A stretch of 54,448 nucleotides of DNA, the filler included, from Sphacelaria rigidula (lineage: Eukaryota): the NCBI GenBank assembly GCA_964200075.2. It is 5 parts of 5 records of this genome, joined end to end, with 100 filler letters (N's around TTAATTAATTAA, not from the genome) between each part and the next. Parts side by side here need not be neighbours in the genome. Positions count along the whole stretch, not along the records: positions 21,822 to 32,631 come from CAXNAA020005872.1; positions 32,732 to 43,540 come from CAXNAA020005873.1; 3 more parts are not named here. The stretch is one strand, 5' to 3'. Positions within the stretch are counted from its first letter, which is position 1. Every line of letters starts with the position of its first letter. A program made the translations under genes and the position numbers. Of the stretch, positions 24,106 through 37,600 are shown piece by piece. The notes beneath the pieces were generated by a model. That model saw nothing but the letters and a program-made list of their open reading frames with translations, was not told the DNA's origin and searched no databases.

Positions 24106-25150
24106 CAAAATACAGATACAGGAAAGGTGATCCCCGAAGCTCTTGGACAGTGACAACCGTGTTACCATTGATCTCATTCGTGTCATCATGTTTGTCATGC
24201 GTACACAGACAGAGGCAGTGTCAGGTATAGACATCAGTGTAACTTTGAAACCTGTACTCTTGCATTCAGCAACAGCAAAATAAGAGAAGACCGAAGTTTT
24301 AATTCAGCTGACATTCGTGCTGGTTGACGTTTAAACAACTCATACCTCGGCAAAACACTCACACACACGAACAAGAGAACTACCGAATTTCAATCGACAA
24401 GAGCTGACGCTTGGCACGAGGCAGCGTATTTCACCTCCCCGGAAGCAACTCGGCGGCGCAAATTAGCGACGGTTGATACGCACATGTTTTTGTCTAACGC
24501 TAACGCTGACCGAAATCCCCACCGAAGGCAGCCCGAGAACCCCCTGGCGAGGGACGCGCGCACAGTGCCCTATGATGTGCAACGTGGTCTTTGCTCTTGG
24601 CTAAAACCGGTGCCTTGCCCGTGCCGCGTACGCTGCACGGACGCTGGGCGAGCGCCGGGGATTGCGAACCCTGTAAGAATCCGAATATGATGGTCTACAC
24701 TGAAGCCAAGTTTATATTCAACCATCGGTTATTTGCGCCGAATTGGAGGGAACTAACTCTACTGCCTGGCACCATTGCACTGCCCTTCGACGCGGTTTAT
24801 CCCTCGTTTACCCTCCTGCGTCCCAGTTTGCTTTGCGGAATAGTCATCGTCCGCTAAGCTTCTATACTGGTAAGCCCGACACTTTAGACAGCTGAGTAAC
24901 TTGTCTCAAATATATTTTCGCAATACGGGCTTGTCTTCACTTATTTCCCTTACACCTCATTTCGGGTACGTAGCCTGTGACCACGGAAGTCGTCCGGCAT
25001 CAGATGCCCAGTGCGGAAGATACAAGTACTGCGCAGATATCGGAACAGCTTCTGATGTGAAGATATGAAGATAACAACAAGGGTCTTCTGCATTGCAAAG
25101 GGTTCATGCCGCATCGGTGCGGCTCCAAAATGACTATTTACGGCACGTAA

Positions 25151-25310
25151 TTATTATTATTATTAATATTATTATTGTATTATATCAGTCGCATTAGCTC
25201 TATCTCTCGAACCCGTGGTCACAGAATGCAAAGAGCAATATACCACCCATACCCATAACCCAAACAGCCCGCAGAAGAAGGCAAGAAACAAAACATCTAC
25301 ACGAAAAAAT
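25151..25310 (-). mobile_element. 5'-truncated non-LTR retrotransposon (LINE/SINE 3' end) with (TAA)n tail and ~34-bp TSD
   Basis: The direct repeat ggtgcggctccaaaatg..tacggcacgtaa occurs at 25116-25150 and 25311-25344. The (tta)n tract is at 25151-25176, and the ctgtgaccacggg motif is shared with 5822-5886. Confidence 0.8.
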
Positions 25311-25864
25311 GGTGCGGCTCCAAAATGGCCATTACGGCACGTAAGGGGGAAACTTGAACCTCAAACTCCATGTACTACAAAGGGTAGCACGACGATGTCG
25401 ATAACCACAATTTTCCCTCTTACGCGCCCAAGAATCCCAAACCACATGCACGCATATTGTTTTCAATAGAGGATCACATATCCAAACACGCAAAACGCAG
25501 AAAACGCACGTAGGGGCAGATATCTACTGATGGTCGAAAAACAAGGAAGTGATTTGTAACTTCTCTTCTAACCTGTCAGTATACCCCAGCGTTACATGAA
25601 ACCCATCGGCGGTCCCAAACTTCGCTAAATTCGGCGCTTTCGTCAAGAGAGTAATTCCCCCGCGGGGTGAAGTATCCCTCAAAATAACCACTTCAGCAGT
25701 TGAAAGGAATGCACGCATACCCACACCACTCCCAACAGGCTCTCCAGTTCAAGTGTCGAAAACACACAAACACACACATGATCGCTTTGCTGTCAATCAT
25801 CCAATTGATGCTTTCATATCAAATAGAAGTAAACACGGAAACACAGACCATGCATGCTGCACAC

Positions 25865-28800
25865 CTTCGCCTTCATCATCTTGGCGGCCTTAGGCTTGGC
25901 ATTAGGGTTCTCTATCTCGATCAACGCTTCAAGTCCCTTCGGCTTCGCCGGTCTTCGCTCAATTTCCATCTCCGCCATTCCGGCAGTGGCCCCGGCCACA
26001 GCAGCATCTATTTTACCTCCCTTCACCTCGCCCCCATCTTCCTCGCTGCTGCTCTCTTCCCCTTCGCGTCAAAATTGTGTGCCAAAAGGCAGGGTGCAGA
26101 TGTTACGGAGGTTCCAACTTTTACGCACTGCTTCATATTCGAATCATGAATTACTTCCAACGACACAAGAGCTTCACGTGTGAAAATGGCCAATGAGTCT
26201 GTTGGGGGAGGGGGGGGGGGGGGGGGGACCAATTTTTTTGTTGGCTTAGTTCTTTGCCCCTTGACCACCCCCCCCTTTGGAGGGGGGGGGCGGNNNNNNN
26301 NNNTTTGTTGCTTGCCTTAGTCATTTGACCATTGACCACGCATCCCTTTCGAGACGGGGCATGGACGGGGGGAACTTGATTTGAAAATCCGACTCAAGGA
26401 GTTCGTTCCAGTTGATGGTCGCTTGCTCGCCGTTCGTGCCGCATGAGTATACGCCAGACCTGAACTACTCGGCATGCTCTCACACGTGCGTCACATCGAT
26501 CGATTGGTCGTTCGATTCATCCTCCTACATCTACTGGTTTGCTAGATATCTAGCCAGCGGTCGTCACGGGATACACGTTATTTCAATCTAACGAACGCGG
26601 TAGCAAATGGTGAAAGAGGGCGGTCGACTTTCTGTGTGGTGGGAGGGCGGGGGCGAGAGCCCACCGATAAGCACCATGACACCAGGGACTCATGTATGCT
26701 CATCGATAACATTTTCTTCGAATCATCCTTCAAGTCCCATTCCCCAGACCTGCAGTTACCTGATACCAAATCCTGAATGGAGTATGAGACACTTCGCACA
26801 GACTTCTTGTAGGTTTCTTTTTCCTCGCTCACGTGGTGCATTTATCGATCAGACAGTGCTTCCCTATTTGGTAAAATAGTCATGACAGTTATGCCCGTGA
26901 AGGGGACCCGATTTTGGGCACTATATACCGGGAAAATGGACCGACCATCTATGCAGTCAGTTAGTTGAATGCAGAAGAAATGAACCTAGATGAGCCAATC
27001 AGTATCAAGCACAAGTACACGTGTCAATCGAAATGAAGACGCTCATACAAAACGTAATATCACCATAGTACATTCTACGACAAGCCTGTGACTGACGTTG
27101 CTGTTCACCTGTACACAGGGTTACAAAGACGGGATAAAAGCTGCTGCTCGTGTTGTTGTTGTGCTCATCTTCCAACGCAGTTTTCTCGGCAAGGGAGCAG
27201 AGGATTGGACTGCGGTTTGATGCGCGCGCTTTCCACACACCAGAATCATTCAGTGTGGCAGCAGGTTTCCGTTACGCGTGCCGCGGAGGCCGCAGCACTT
27301 TGCAAACCGCTGCTCCAGACACAAAAAGTGCTGAAAAAGGCGTTCCCTTCAACGTTTTGGGGGCTTTTCGGATCCGCTGTGGCGAATTGAGCAACTCCAT
27401 AGCCACACTGACCAGATGTTGCACGTGTGCGGGGACCTGTGAAGTGCCAAAGACAGGTTTGCTTCCTGCCCTAAGAAATATGCGGTGGAAAAATGACAGC
27501 TGTCGCATACTAAGCCTAGGTCGCTTGGGATAGAGCGTGTGTTCTGTTCGGCAGAGTTTATGCACAGGTCCGACCAGTCTATGGAGTCTTTAATACGTCT
27601 TCAACATCCCTCCGCATTCATTTCTTCTTGTGTTGCCCACGGATATTTGGTCGCTAAGGCCCCCATTTACGGGCATAACTGTTTTTGTGAGACTGACAGT
27701 CTTGCGTTGATCGAGAGTGACTAATATTATTTGCTCTAACTTGACCATTCCTTTATTTTGTGTGTTCTTTGTCTGCAACACCGTCGTGTGCTTTTAGCTA
27801 CACGTCGATATCCTACTCAGGATATCAAAGGCTTCAGAGGCGGGCAACTACAGAAAAGCGTGCATAAGGTCTGGAGGGGCATTTCGGAACTGAAACTATT
27901 TTATTCATCAATTGACCGCTCCTCCCTCTCGATCACACCCTAGACTCTCATTCTCACGAAAATGTTCCACGTGGGCACACACGCTGCCGCGTCCCGTGGG
28001 TCATACCTCGGAGGGACAGATCTCAGGATTGATAAAGATAAGCCGGCATCGTGCTTACCTGTCTCTTCGCGGCAAAGGAAACCTTCGCAAGGCGTTCATT
28101 TCTCGCCGCATTAGGTCTCTGTTTTTTGGGGGGGGGGGAGGGGGAGGAATCATACCGACCTGCCCCGCCCGTGACCCGTCATCATAGACGACCACCTGAA
28201 CTCTGTGTGCGAGCACTAATCCTTGACAACAATAAACCGTGTACTCCGTAGTCCCCAACCCCCGACCCAAGCACAATACTCAACCGAAGCAGCTGTTCTT
28301 CATAGTTTCGCAGTGGTTCAAATAAGGTCCACGTGTAGTATCTGGCGCGCAAGATGTTCAGGCGTCGTCACGAGCACAAACCCGACTTACACTTGGCCTC
28401 ATTCAGAACAGTTAGTAGAACACGGACGAGGTACGCAATAAGCTGCAATGTAAACACCTGGAAGGCGAAAGTGACCAGCCATTCGTCGGATTCATCACCA
28501 CATCTAGTCAGAATTCGGCTCTTTACGGAAAATGGCCGCGACGAGGATCGAATACGGATATGGCCAAATACGGCCCGTACGTGAGCCCACACAGCACCAC
28601 CTTCAGAGCTCAGTCGAGAGCAAGGTTATCAGCCTACAGACAACTACTGCGCACCGAAAGGAGGGCGGTGAAGGCCTCCAGGTTTCTGTCGGTACTATCG
28701 CTGGCTGTTTGTTGTCCGTTATGTTGTACGCTTGAAATAGGACTGTACTGCAGCAAGAAGGATATCATGGAGACTGCAGTGCTGGAATCTCCAGGAGCGC

Positions 28801-29448
28801 ACGTCGTGGTTACGGTATATCGAGGGCAGTCCTGTTATTAGAGATGCAGTATTATAGCTCTAACATGTTCCACAAAATGTCGAAACATCAGCAAATTGTG
28901 CTCCGCAGAGTGGGCGCATGGTTTTCGCCAGCCCGCTCAAGGCACACCCAGAAGATGCTTACTTCACTCAAGGCAAAGTGCAGTTATCTGTGGGTAGCAA
29001 TCATGGTACAACCAACAGTACAGTGCTCGCATTGTCTGGTTGGCTGCAGCAGCACCCGTGGACATTCAGGCCAAAAACGCAACGGCGAGCGTCGGAGAGT
29101 TTCACGTCCACTCTCACGAGGAAACAGCATGCTGAGACCAGATTACTAGGTCTCTATGAAAAACTCAACACTGTCCAACTGGATGCAACAGAACGAACTG
29201 TACCCCTTTTTTTTTACTTCCATAACTTTGTTGTACTGCAGCGCACAAGTCTACACAACAGAAAACACACCTTCGTCGCTGCCCTCATCACTACCAGATC
29301 CTTCTGCGGCGCGCTCGGCCTTGCGGCGCGCCGCCCAGGCTTCATCTCGATCGTTGCGGGACTCTAGCTCCTCAAGCGATGACACAAAGTGCTGTCGGCC
29401 ACCCCCACCTCGACCTCCACGCTTACCTTTTCCACGACCTCTACCCAT
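25865..29448 (-). CDS. PDAP1: PDAP1 / 28-kDa heat- and acid-stable phosphoprotein-like (3'-partial, 2 exons)
   Basis: Exon 29448-29271 (MGRGRGKGKRGGRGGGGRQHFVSSLEELESR..SDEG, phase 1) splices in frame to exon 26061-25865 (EESSSEED..KPKGLEALIEIENPN). KGxxxLIxIENPN is the PP28 family signature. The 3' exon(s) were not found in the contig. Confidence 0.85.
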
Positions 29449-30118
29449 GTCGTTTCTGACCTTGCCGCTAGTACTGCTACTGCTGCTGCTGGTGCCGCTG
29501 TTGTAGTTGCTGCTGCACCCACGAGGCTTGCAGCCATCACGTGGGTAACCTTCGGCTCTTCCCTGTGTCATTATTTAGAGTATTGGAAAATGGCTAGAGC
29601 ACGACAAGGATGAATATATATGTACATTTGCGGTTGCTCAGACCCTACAGTCGATGATGACGTATCGGACATGCAACGATTGCCAATCCCTATCACGGAC
29701 AGCAGTTGTCTCTCTGGAAAAAGAAAAGAAAAACGACTGAAGTGCGCTTATTCATGATACCTATGCTTCCTGTGTCGATCGCTAATCTTCTGTTGTATGT
29801 GAAGTAGAGCAGAAAACGCTTCATTACGATTCGTCCTTGTTTGAATTATGACACCCTGGGCCAGCCCATTATTGAAGCGCGGTCCCGACTGCCGGTGACT
29901 TGTTTAATTTTGTCGAGTTAATCTCGCTGTCCGATAGTGCAGCGATCTCCGTAAGCACGCCTAAAACACAAAGGGAATACAACTGTAGCGTGCCACACGC
30001 AAGACCGCGCTTTCCACGATTCTTTGACATTGTTATTCATTAAAGAGCCTTCAAATAATCCGCCAACATCTGGCCGGCAGACCAACTGTCGTGCAGCTGT
30101 ACTTCTCACTTGCACGCC

Positions 30119-30445
30119 ATGCAAGGCCTCCGGGGGGAAGGCGGAACATCATCGTCACCGTCGTCATCAACTACCTTCGGCCCAGAGGCAAGGCCGCCCG
30201 AGTGGAAGTCCATGGGGATAAGCGGTGGCATGCAGCAAGATCCCAGTCGATTAGGTCTATCAGGCGCAGGGGGTGATAACAGACGAACTAAGGGGTTTGG
30301 CTGGGTCAGTGTTGAATCAGCTCCATTAGCGGACGGGGGCGAGGACGGCGGAGGGGTGGGGGGACTGGGGCCCGGAGGAATGGGTGCAGTGCATCGAGTG
30401 CCTATCATTGATGATCCTGTTGTTGTCAGGAATCTCACTTCTCAG
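30119..30445 (+). CDS. Probable first exon of an unknown gene, divergent from PDAP1
   Basis: gccATG start, 109 codons of Gly/Ser-rich sequence ending HRVPIIDDPVVVRNLTSQ, followed by donor CAG|GTATGG. Family not recognised. Confidence 0.6.
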
Positions 30446-32631
30446 GTATGGACCTTCTGCTATGCCGTCCTCTCTGTGTTCAAGGTTCGTTCAATCAGCA
30501 GTAGTGCTGACTGTCTCTTCTTAGGCAATACAGCACACGTGGTTGAAATGGCGCTGTTGGAGACTATACAGAACCGCTGCTCTACTTCTGACTGCTGTTG
30601 TTGTGACTCTCTTGGGATGTTCGCTCTGTAGTGTATTGATGGTCATTGAGACGGTTTTCGTTGCGCGGGATTGCCCCACTGGGTTTGAAGCTTCCGATGG
30701 ATGGTAAAGAGCTAGCGTTACAGTATATCGCCGAGAGTCGAGCATTCAGCTCTCAGAAGTAGTCGTGTCTGTTTATTGGCGAAAAGTTGGCCGGCCCGTG
30801 CTGTTGTTTATGCGTCCCGAGTTCCGCACTCACTACTGTGCACTGGCCGTGCGCGGTGATGATCTACAATGATTTTTCAGTAGCACGGTTTTCTCTGATC
30901 CGATGCTCTCGGAGGGAATGTAGTGTGCTGTCTGTCCTAACTGGAGCCCTCGGAAGAAATATAATGTCATTTGGTGCTGTAACCACTGGGTAGTTCCTGG
31001 CGCGCGTACACATGTTTGACATCTCGACGCCGTAAGGCTCGCTAGCGTACACGCTAGGTACGTACTTCAATGGCCGCTCTATATTCAGCTGGCTACTGCC
31101 CTGTTCACTGTATTTGTACTACTTTTCCGTGTGCATACTACACAAAAAAAGAGCTGTCAAGATATCTGTCGCCCACTGTGTAGACCTATTCGAAACATTT
31201 TGAGCGAAAATGAACAAGCGTAAATATGGGACCGACATGGGGGGGAGCGAACATGTTCGTTTACCTCGTGTGTCTCAACCAACCCCTCGGGCGCCAGGCC
31301 TTCTTCCGGAACGATCATATCGCCGGCTGCAATGCCGTTAAACCCGATCCTTTACAGTAGTAGCAGAGCATCCCCGCTCTGTTTACGACACCTCCACCAA
31401 TAATGATGGGCTTCGCGTGTCGCGGTTTGTGGTCTGCAATCCCATTTCCACGTGATGTTTTTTTTTTCCCAGAAGTATATTTCGTCACCTTTTCTCTGTG
31501 GGTCCGTACGGGGTACATCTGAAGTTCACATGTTAATTATACTCGCAGGAGTGTAGATTTTTTTTCACAAACTGATTCATCGTCATGGCGGAAGCTCCAA
31601 TCGGCCCGCATGCCCATTTTTGTTCTCAATTTCTTGCATTGGATGCCGCTGCGCCGCAGCCTATTATCCCTACAGCCCGCGATTTGTCGCGCACAACGAT
31701 GATGAGAGTCAGCCCTCTTGCCCAACGAAATACCTTACTCGAGCAATCTCCCAAATTTCAAGGCATGATGTGGAGATGGAATCACGGTCGCCGTGCTGCC
31801 ACCGTTATTGACAAATAACAAGATTTTTATATTGTGCACTTCGATACGTTGAGAGTACACGAGCGATGTGAAAACTTGGAAGCTTGCACACGTGGGACAG
31901 CTCAGAAGCTACGAGCTGGGTCAACTGACGGTGATTTTTGAATCAAGAATTGAGATGCGATTGGTAGTTCGTAGAGTTAAGTGCTGAAATTTGGGCAATC
32001 GCCAAAAAACCGGTATACCGACGGTATTTTCGCCAACATCCGGTATTGCTCACACATACCCTCAGAAAAGCTACTAATGCAGCCGCCTGATTGGCCACAT
32101 CCCGCCGCGTGCGCATTCTGGCGAAAACACACGGTATACCTGTTGTGAGAAACTCAATTCGGCTTTCACCGGTTTTTGGCGATCGAGACGGTAATGCTCA
32201 AGTTTCCGGCCAGCCCCAAAACACACACGTCACCATATTCTATGTTACGTTTCGACGGCTGGCCGTTGGAGATCATAATATCCGGAGTTTTGTTTCGTCT
32301 ATCCGATCACCCGCCGTCCTGGAGCTTTGCCCGTCAATCCGACAACAAGCACGCTTTGTCAATCCGTCAACGAACACGCCTTGCGATCCGACAAAGCACG
32401 TGGTAACCCACGGGTTTGAAGAGAACCTTCAGTTGAAAGCACACGGCGCCCTGTGTACTTCTGGCTGGCTGTCACGAGCCCACCAACCTACGACCGAAAC
32501 CACCACGCCAAATAACACCTCTTTGCAGGACCATGCAAACTCCATCCAACTCATTCTCTGAGGACCGACGCCCGGATGGGTAGGGTGACTCGTGTACAGA
32601 GTCGAGCTAGGGGACATTGTAGGAGGTTTGG

Positions 32632-32731
32632 NNNNNNNNNNNNNNNNNNNNNNNNNNNNNNNNNNNNNNNNNNNNTTAATTAATTAANNNNNNNNNNNNN
32701 NNNNNNNNNNNNNNNNNNNNNNNNNNNNNNN
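32632..32731. other. Artificial contig linker
   Basis: N44-TTAATTAATTAA-N44. Confidence 0.98.
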
Positions 32732-33022
32732 GTTGAACGCACGGCCCAATTCGACGACTCTTGCGCCCAAGGAACTGAGACTTCACGTGAGCAGCTGCGG
32801 ATTCTCCTTTTTTTTTTTCTGGACTTATGACGTCATCTTGTGTTTGCTGAAATTTCAAATGCCCGCAACTTCTTTTTTTTCTTTGCTGCTCACGTGATCT
32901 TCTGCAACCCAATCATGAAAAGCTGCTGTCAAAATTCCAGCGTCCAACTCCTAATATCGCGCCGTGCATCGACTGAGCGAGATTTACACCTACCCTTGGC
33001 TGGCCCAGCTCGTACCGGTGTT

Positions 33023-33319
33023 GAGTGTTGAGAATCGAACGGAATAAAAAGCTCGATATGATTTTTTCAAGTATCGATGATAAAACGTCGATATCGATAT
33101 TTTTATCGATACTCGGAAAATGGAAAATGGCCAAACAACCGATTTTCTGTTTTTTCTGGGCCTTTTTTGCTGTTTAGAAGGGTCATTTTTGCAACAAGGG
33201 CCCCGAGTAAGCCCCGACAGAGCTGCCACTTTGAGTATCGAAAGTACCCGATTACCAGCTCGCGATTCCGATTCTGAGAATTGCCGAAAATCGCGATCAA
33301 TACTCGATTCTCAACACTG
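33023..33319. mobile_element. MITE-like element (~297 bp), hAT-style TIR
   Basis: TIR agtgttgagaatcga / tcgattctcaacactg with internal tcgat repeats. No convincing TSD. Confidence 0.6.
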
Positions 33320-33326
33320 CCATGTA

Positions 33327-33876
33327 CGGTAGTGGGCGGTCTAACTATTCAGGGATGTTTTGGGATATTCCTCGCGTACTACTCTTCGATAGAACTCGAA
33401 CTTGCTAGCACCGGTAGATTTTGGCAGAATAAACAGATCATTCTCGAAACACAGTGCCAAAGTCAGCGTCTGTTGGTGTTATCGGGTGATACGAGGAAAT
33501 ACCCCGTTTATCAGGAGGGTGTTATTGACCGTGAAACACAGTTTTTCAGCTCTAGTGCAATGAGTAGAATTTCAAAAAAATAAAACTGTACATTTCTTCA
33601 CAATTATGATCGGGACATGCTCGATCGACCGAAAATACCGAAGAGTGAGAATCAAGGCTAAAACGTGGCAGGACCCCCGATGACCGGTCGGCCCGTAAGT
33701 CACTCAATATTGAGTACAGTATAATGACTTTTTTTTCTTGGAATCTGTAGGGGATACAAATATCTTCAGATTCTCAATGTGATCAGCGGTGGCAAGCGAA
33801 AAGAGCCCAAGAACATCGCCAATCACGAAAAAATAACAAAATGCCACAAAATGAATAGTTAGACCGCCCACTACTG
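33327..33876 (+). mobile_element. Tc1/mariner-type MITE, 550 bp (copy 1)
   Basis: 25-bp TIR c(a/g)gtagtgggcggtctaactattca with TA on both flanks. Inverted homologue at 52088-52615. Confidence 0.88.
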
Positions 33877-34671
33877 TACAAACTGCAAGCAGTCGGTCGG
33901 TGCTCTTTTTCTTTAAGTTATTCCATCGATCGATGACATGCTCATGTTGTCCAACTTAACACCTGACGAGGAAAGGAGGAGCGAAGAAATGCGGGGGAAT
34001 TGAATATGGAAGGAACATTAGTCGAGTCTTCAACGGCGATGAGGTTCACAAACCCATGTGCGTGACCGTTACCCACGCATTGGATCACCACGGTGACTGA
34101 ATTATCACGCTTTTGGTCGGTCGACGTAAACAAGAGCAGCACTATACGGGGCCAACAACAAGCAGCGAAAAGTATCCAAAATGTGGTGGGAGATGAGTAC
34201 TCCTCATATTCAGACCCGTAGTTAAAAGTAAATACCTCAAGACAAGACAAAACATATATATATATAAATATAGATCAAAATTTTTGATAGAGGGTATTCC
34301 TCCCAAAAGATGGCTATAAATAAATTCCATCTACTACGTAAACAAAAAGGATGTTCATCAAATGTCTCCTCATTGCTTGCTTAGGAGGAGAGGTGCGAAA
34401 AGTGTGAAAACAAATAATGACGGACAATAAAACGATATATGGATAATGACTAAAGATTCATCAAAACTGGGGAACTGCACAGAGTACATCCGTTGTCGCA
34501 TAGTATCTCCAGAGGTAGGTAGGTCGGTAGGTAGGGCATCGCAGCCCAGCGCCGCCTGTGCTCGCCCACCAACGCCAAAGGCGTGCTATTTCTCCCGTAA
34601 TCCCTGAGAATTCTCGTATTTTGAGTCTATAGAGACTCATCTTTCATTGCACGAACAGCCAGCATCTCAGC

Positions 34672-37600
34672 ATGTCGGGATCAGCAGATGAGGAGCAAAA
34701 TGTCACGGTGGCCATTCGGCTGCGTCCACTTAACGACAGAGAGAAGGCCGGAAACCAGGGCACAATATGGCGATGTGTCCCCTCACATAACTCTGTGACT
34801 CAGGTATGGTGTAGATTAGTGGAGGCAGAGCTAAGGGGCCCATTCGGCGATGCAGGTGGACGAGTACATATGGGATGACGGAAACAAGATTTAATTATCC
34901 AACGGCCGAAACTTGCAAAACGGACGTTGGAGTTTCCCAAGGATACCGCAAAATACAAGTAGACAAAACTGCACCTTGCGGTAGTCATCCCATCCCGTCC
35001 GTGGGACATCTCACGTATCCAGTATAGCACAATCAGTGTATGGTATATGGGTGGTATACCAACCTCTGCTATGCAGGTCGAGCTATCTACAAGCGCTGCA
35101 GCGCTGGTTCACTTAAAACAAACCAAAAGCGCGCGTTTGCTACACGATGAGCCATCCCGTCTATACGTGTAGAGGCAGCGATACTGTACTGTCATATATT
35201 TTTTTATATATTTTGTACTTGAAATGTACTGTAATACCCGGCACTATATTTTGAAAAAGGGCAAATGTGAGGAACAACAAAAAACAACTGTGATCTCTCT
35301 CACTTGCAGCCTTGAACGACTTGCACCATGCCCCTCCAATCCAGACCACACCCGAAGGCAACCCGCTGCCAGACGCAAAGGGCAGCACATTCTTCACCTA
35401 CGACCGGATCTTCGACGAGAGGAGCTCGACGCAGGAGGTATACGATGGCGTCGCGCGCGGTCTCGTGAACTCCGTCATCCGCGGCCTTAACAGCACCATC
35501 TTTGCCTATGGCCAAACATCGTCTGGAAAGACATTCACTATGCAAGGCGGTGACAACACTTACGATAGCCCCGGCATCGTGCAGATGGCCACGCGTGATT
35601 TGTTTAGCCGTATGGAGGAGACTCGCGACCGCGTGTTCCTCATGCGTGCCTCGTACCTGGAGATCTACCAGGAAGATATTCGGGACCTTCTTGTTCCTGA
35701 CCCCACAGTCTCTAAGTTGCAGGTGGGTGTCGGTGGTTTTGGTGATACCGGTTGAATGATGCTAGTTGACCTTTGTTGTACGTGTAGTCTGATGACCGTG
35801 GCGCTTCTCCAGTCCGGTGTAAATACGTATCATCTGAGTGTCATCAAGGCTATGGTATAGTTCGTGTGATGGCTGTAGGTGCTGCACCACCAGTACAGTA
35901 GGGGTGCTATTTTATGATGCCATATGCCTGCTATTAATAGTGCGACCCTCAATCACATGAGTTTTCCTGTCTCTTTCGCCAGTACTATCCCTAGGAGAAT
36001 CCTACATTCGCCATGAAGCAGAAGTAAAAGTAGTACAATTCATTTCATAGATGACTTTCGTTTACGGTTTACTACTCATACTCATCATTTCCATATCCCA
36101 GGTGTGTCGGACCCCGGCCACCGTGGAAACAGGTCTCAAACATCACTTGACACAAATCTAAGCAAAGCCGAGATGGTCGAATCTGCCAACGGATACATCT
36201 TAAGGGGTTACCTCGTGGTTTTTCTTTATCCCGGACGGAAGTTTATATCCCAGGGTCTCGTGAATCATTCATGTGAATGTATGCCAAAATCATCTTACGG
36301 CGTCACCACGAAATGTTCGGCAACTCGTTAACCTATTGAACTGTTGTCCGCAACCATCTTTGCCGCAAAGCAATTTTTACTGGTAGCATTCAACTACGCG
36401 ATAGCTGAGCCCCATGATGGAGACATCATGAGGTACACGAACAAACGATGGCCAAAAATGAAGCAAATGCCATTTTCCGGGAGGCCAGATAAAAGGCTGG
36501 ACAATAAAAATCGCCTCGTGCGGTCTGTTGCAAAAGTGTCTCACCTTGACGAGGAACTCGTTAACCCAAGGCTTGATATCGACGGAGGAAGCGTCTTGCT
36601 ACAGCGTTCTGGCGGCTGGCAGGATTCACTTCTATGCCTCCCATGCCCCACGATCGCGGTACCACGAGTTATGCGAAGAGATTATGGCTTGTTGGATTTC
36701 GAACGACAAGTTCTTGAACGAGCTGAGAAGCGAAAAAACAGATGACACGGTCACATGTCTGTTGGGGGAGCATACCCCATACCCAGTGCCGATCACTGCA
36801 GGGTACTCCGAGGTTCACTTGAATTCAGTGCAATGTGATCGTTTCTCTATCTTTGTTTTGGCGAAATAAGTACTTAGTTCCAGTGCGGCTATGAACTATG
36901 AACTTCTTCATTTCGCATGGTCCGAGACGACTTGGTTTCTCACGTGTCGGCTTTCTACTGGGTTTCATGCAGGTCTTCCCTCCTCTTGGCCGCTTCCACA
37001 ACGAACTTTCCACCTCAAAGGGTGTGTGTGGGGGATGGATGCCTGCGTTTTGTGGGGCTCCCTCGATAACGTTTATTCTTCGTCACATATGCACCACCAT
37101 CCCCACATCAAGAACAGTGCGAACGAAAAATATGGACATGATAGGTCATCCAGCGGCGTATTTTCGGCTGTGTGTTTTCCTACACCGCAGAACGATCCCT
37201 CACCCAGCATATTTCGGATATGTCGACACACATGCATACTCGGAGCACATGCATGTGTCGACAGGCGCAGGTTTGATGGATATGTATTCATCGCCATCAG
37301 CACAGTTCCCTCGGTGGCCTGTACTCTACTCCTCGCAGGGGGTTATGGCCTGTGAGACCAAACATGGCTGATGGCCAAAGCACCTAGATTCGATGGCCCA
37401 TCAGTGTTTCAGATGCGTGCTCTTGTCGCACAGATCTGGCGATCTTTGTGTGTATGAGATGGAAAACGCATTTCCCCTGCAGTGACTTGATGCACAGAAT
37501 TATCCATCCCAGATTTGCGAGTGGTTCCACAGTAGTCGGTCTTGGGCTTTTACTTTTTTTTATTGCCACAGATACAAGCTTAACATATTTGCATGCGCTT

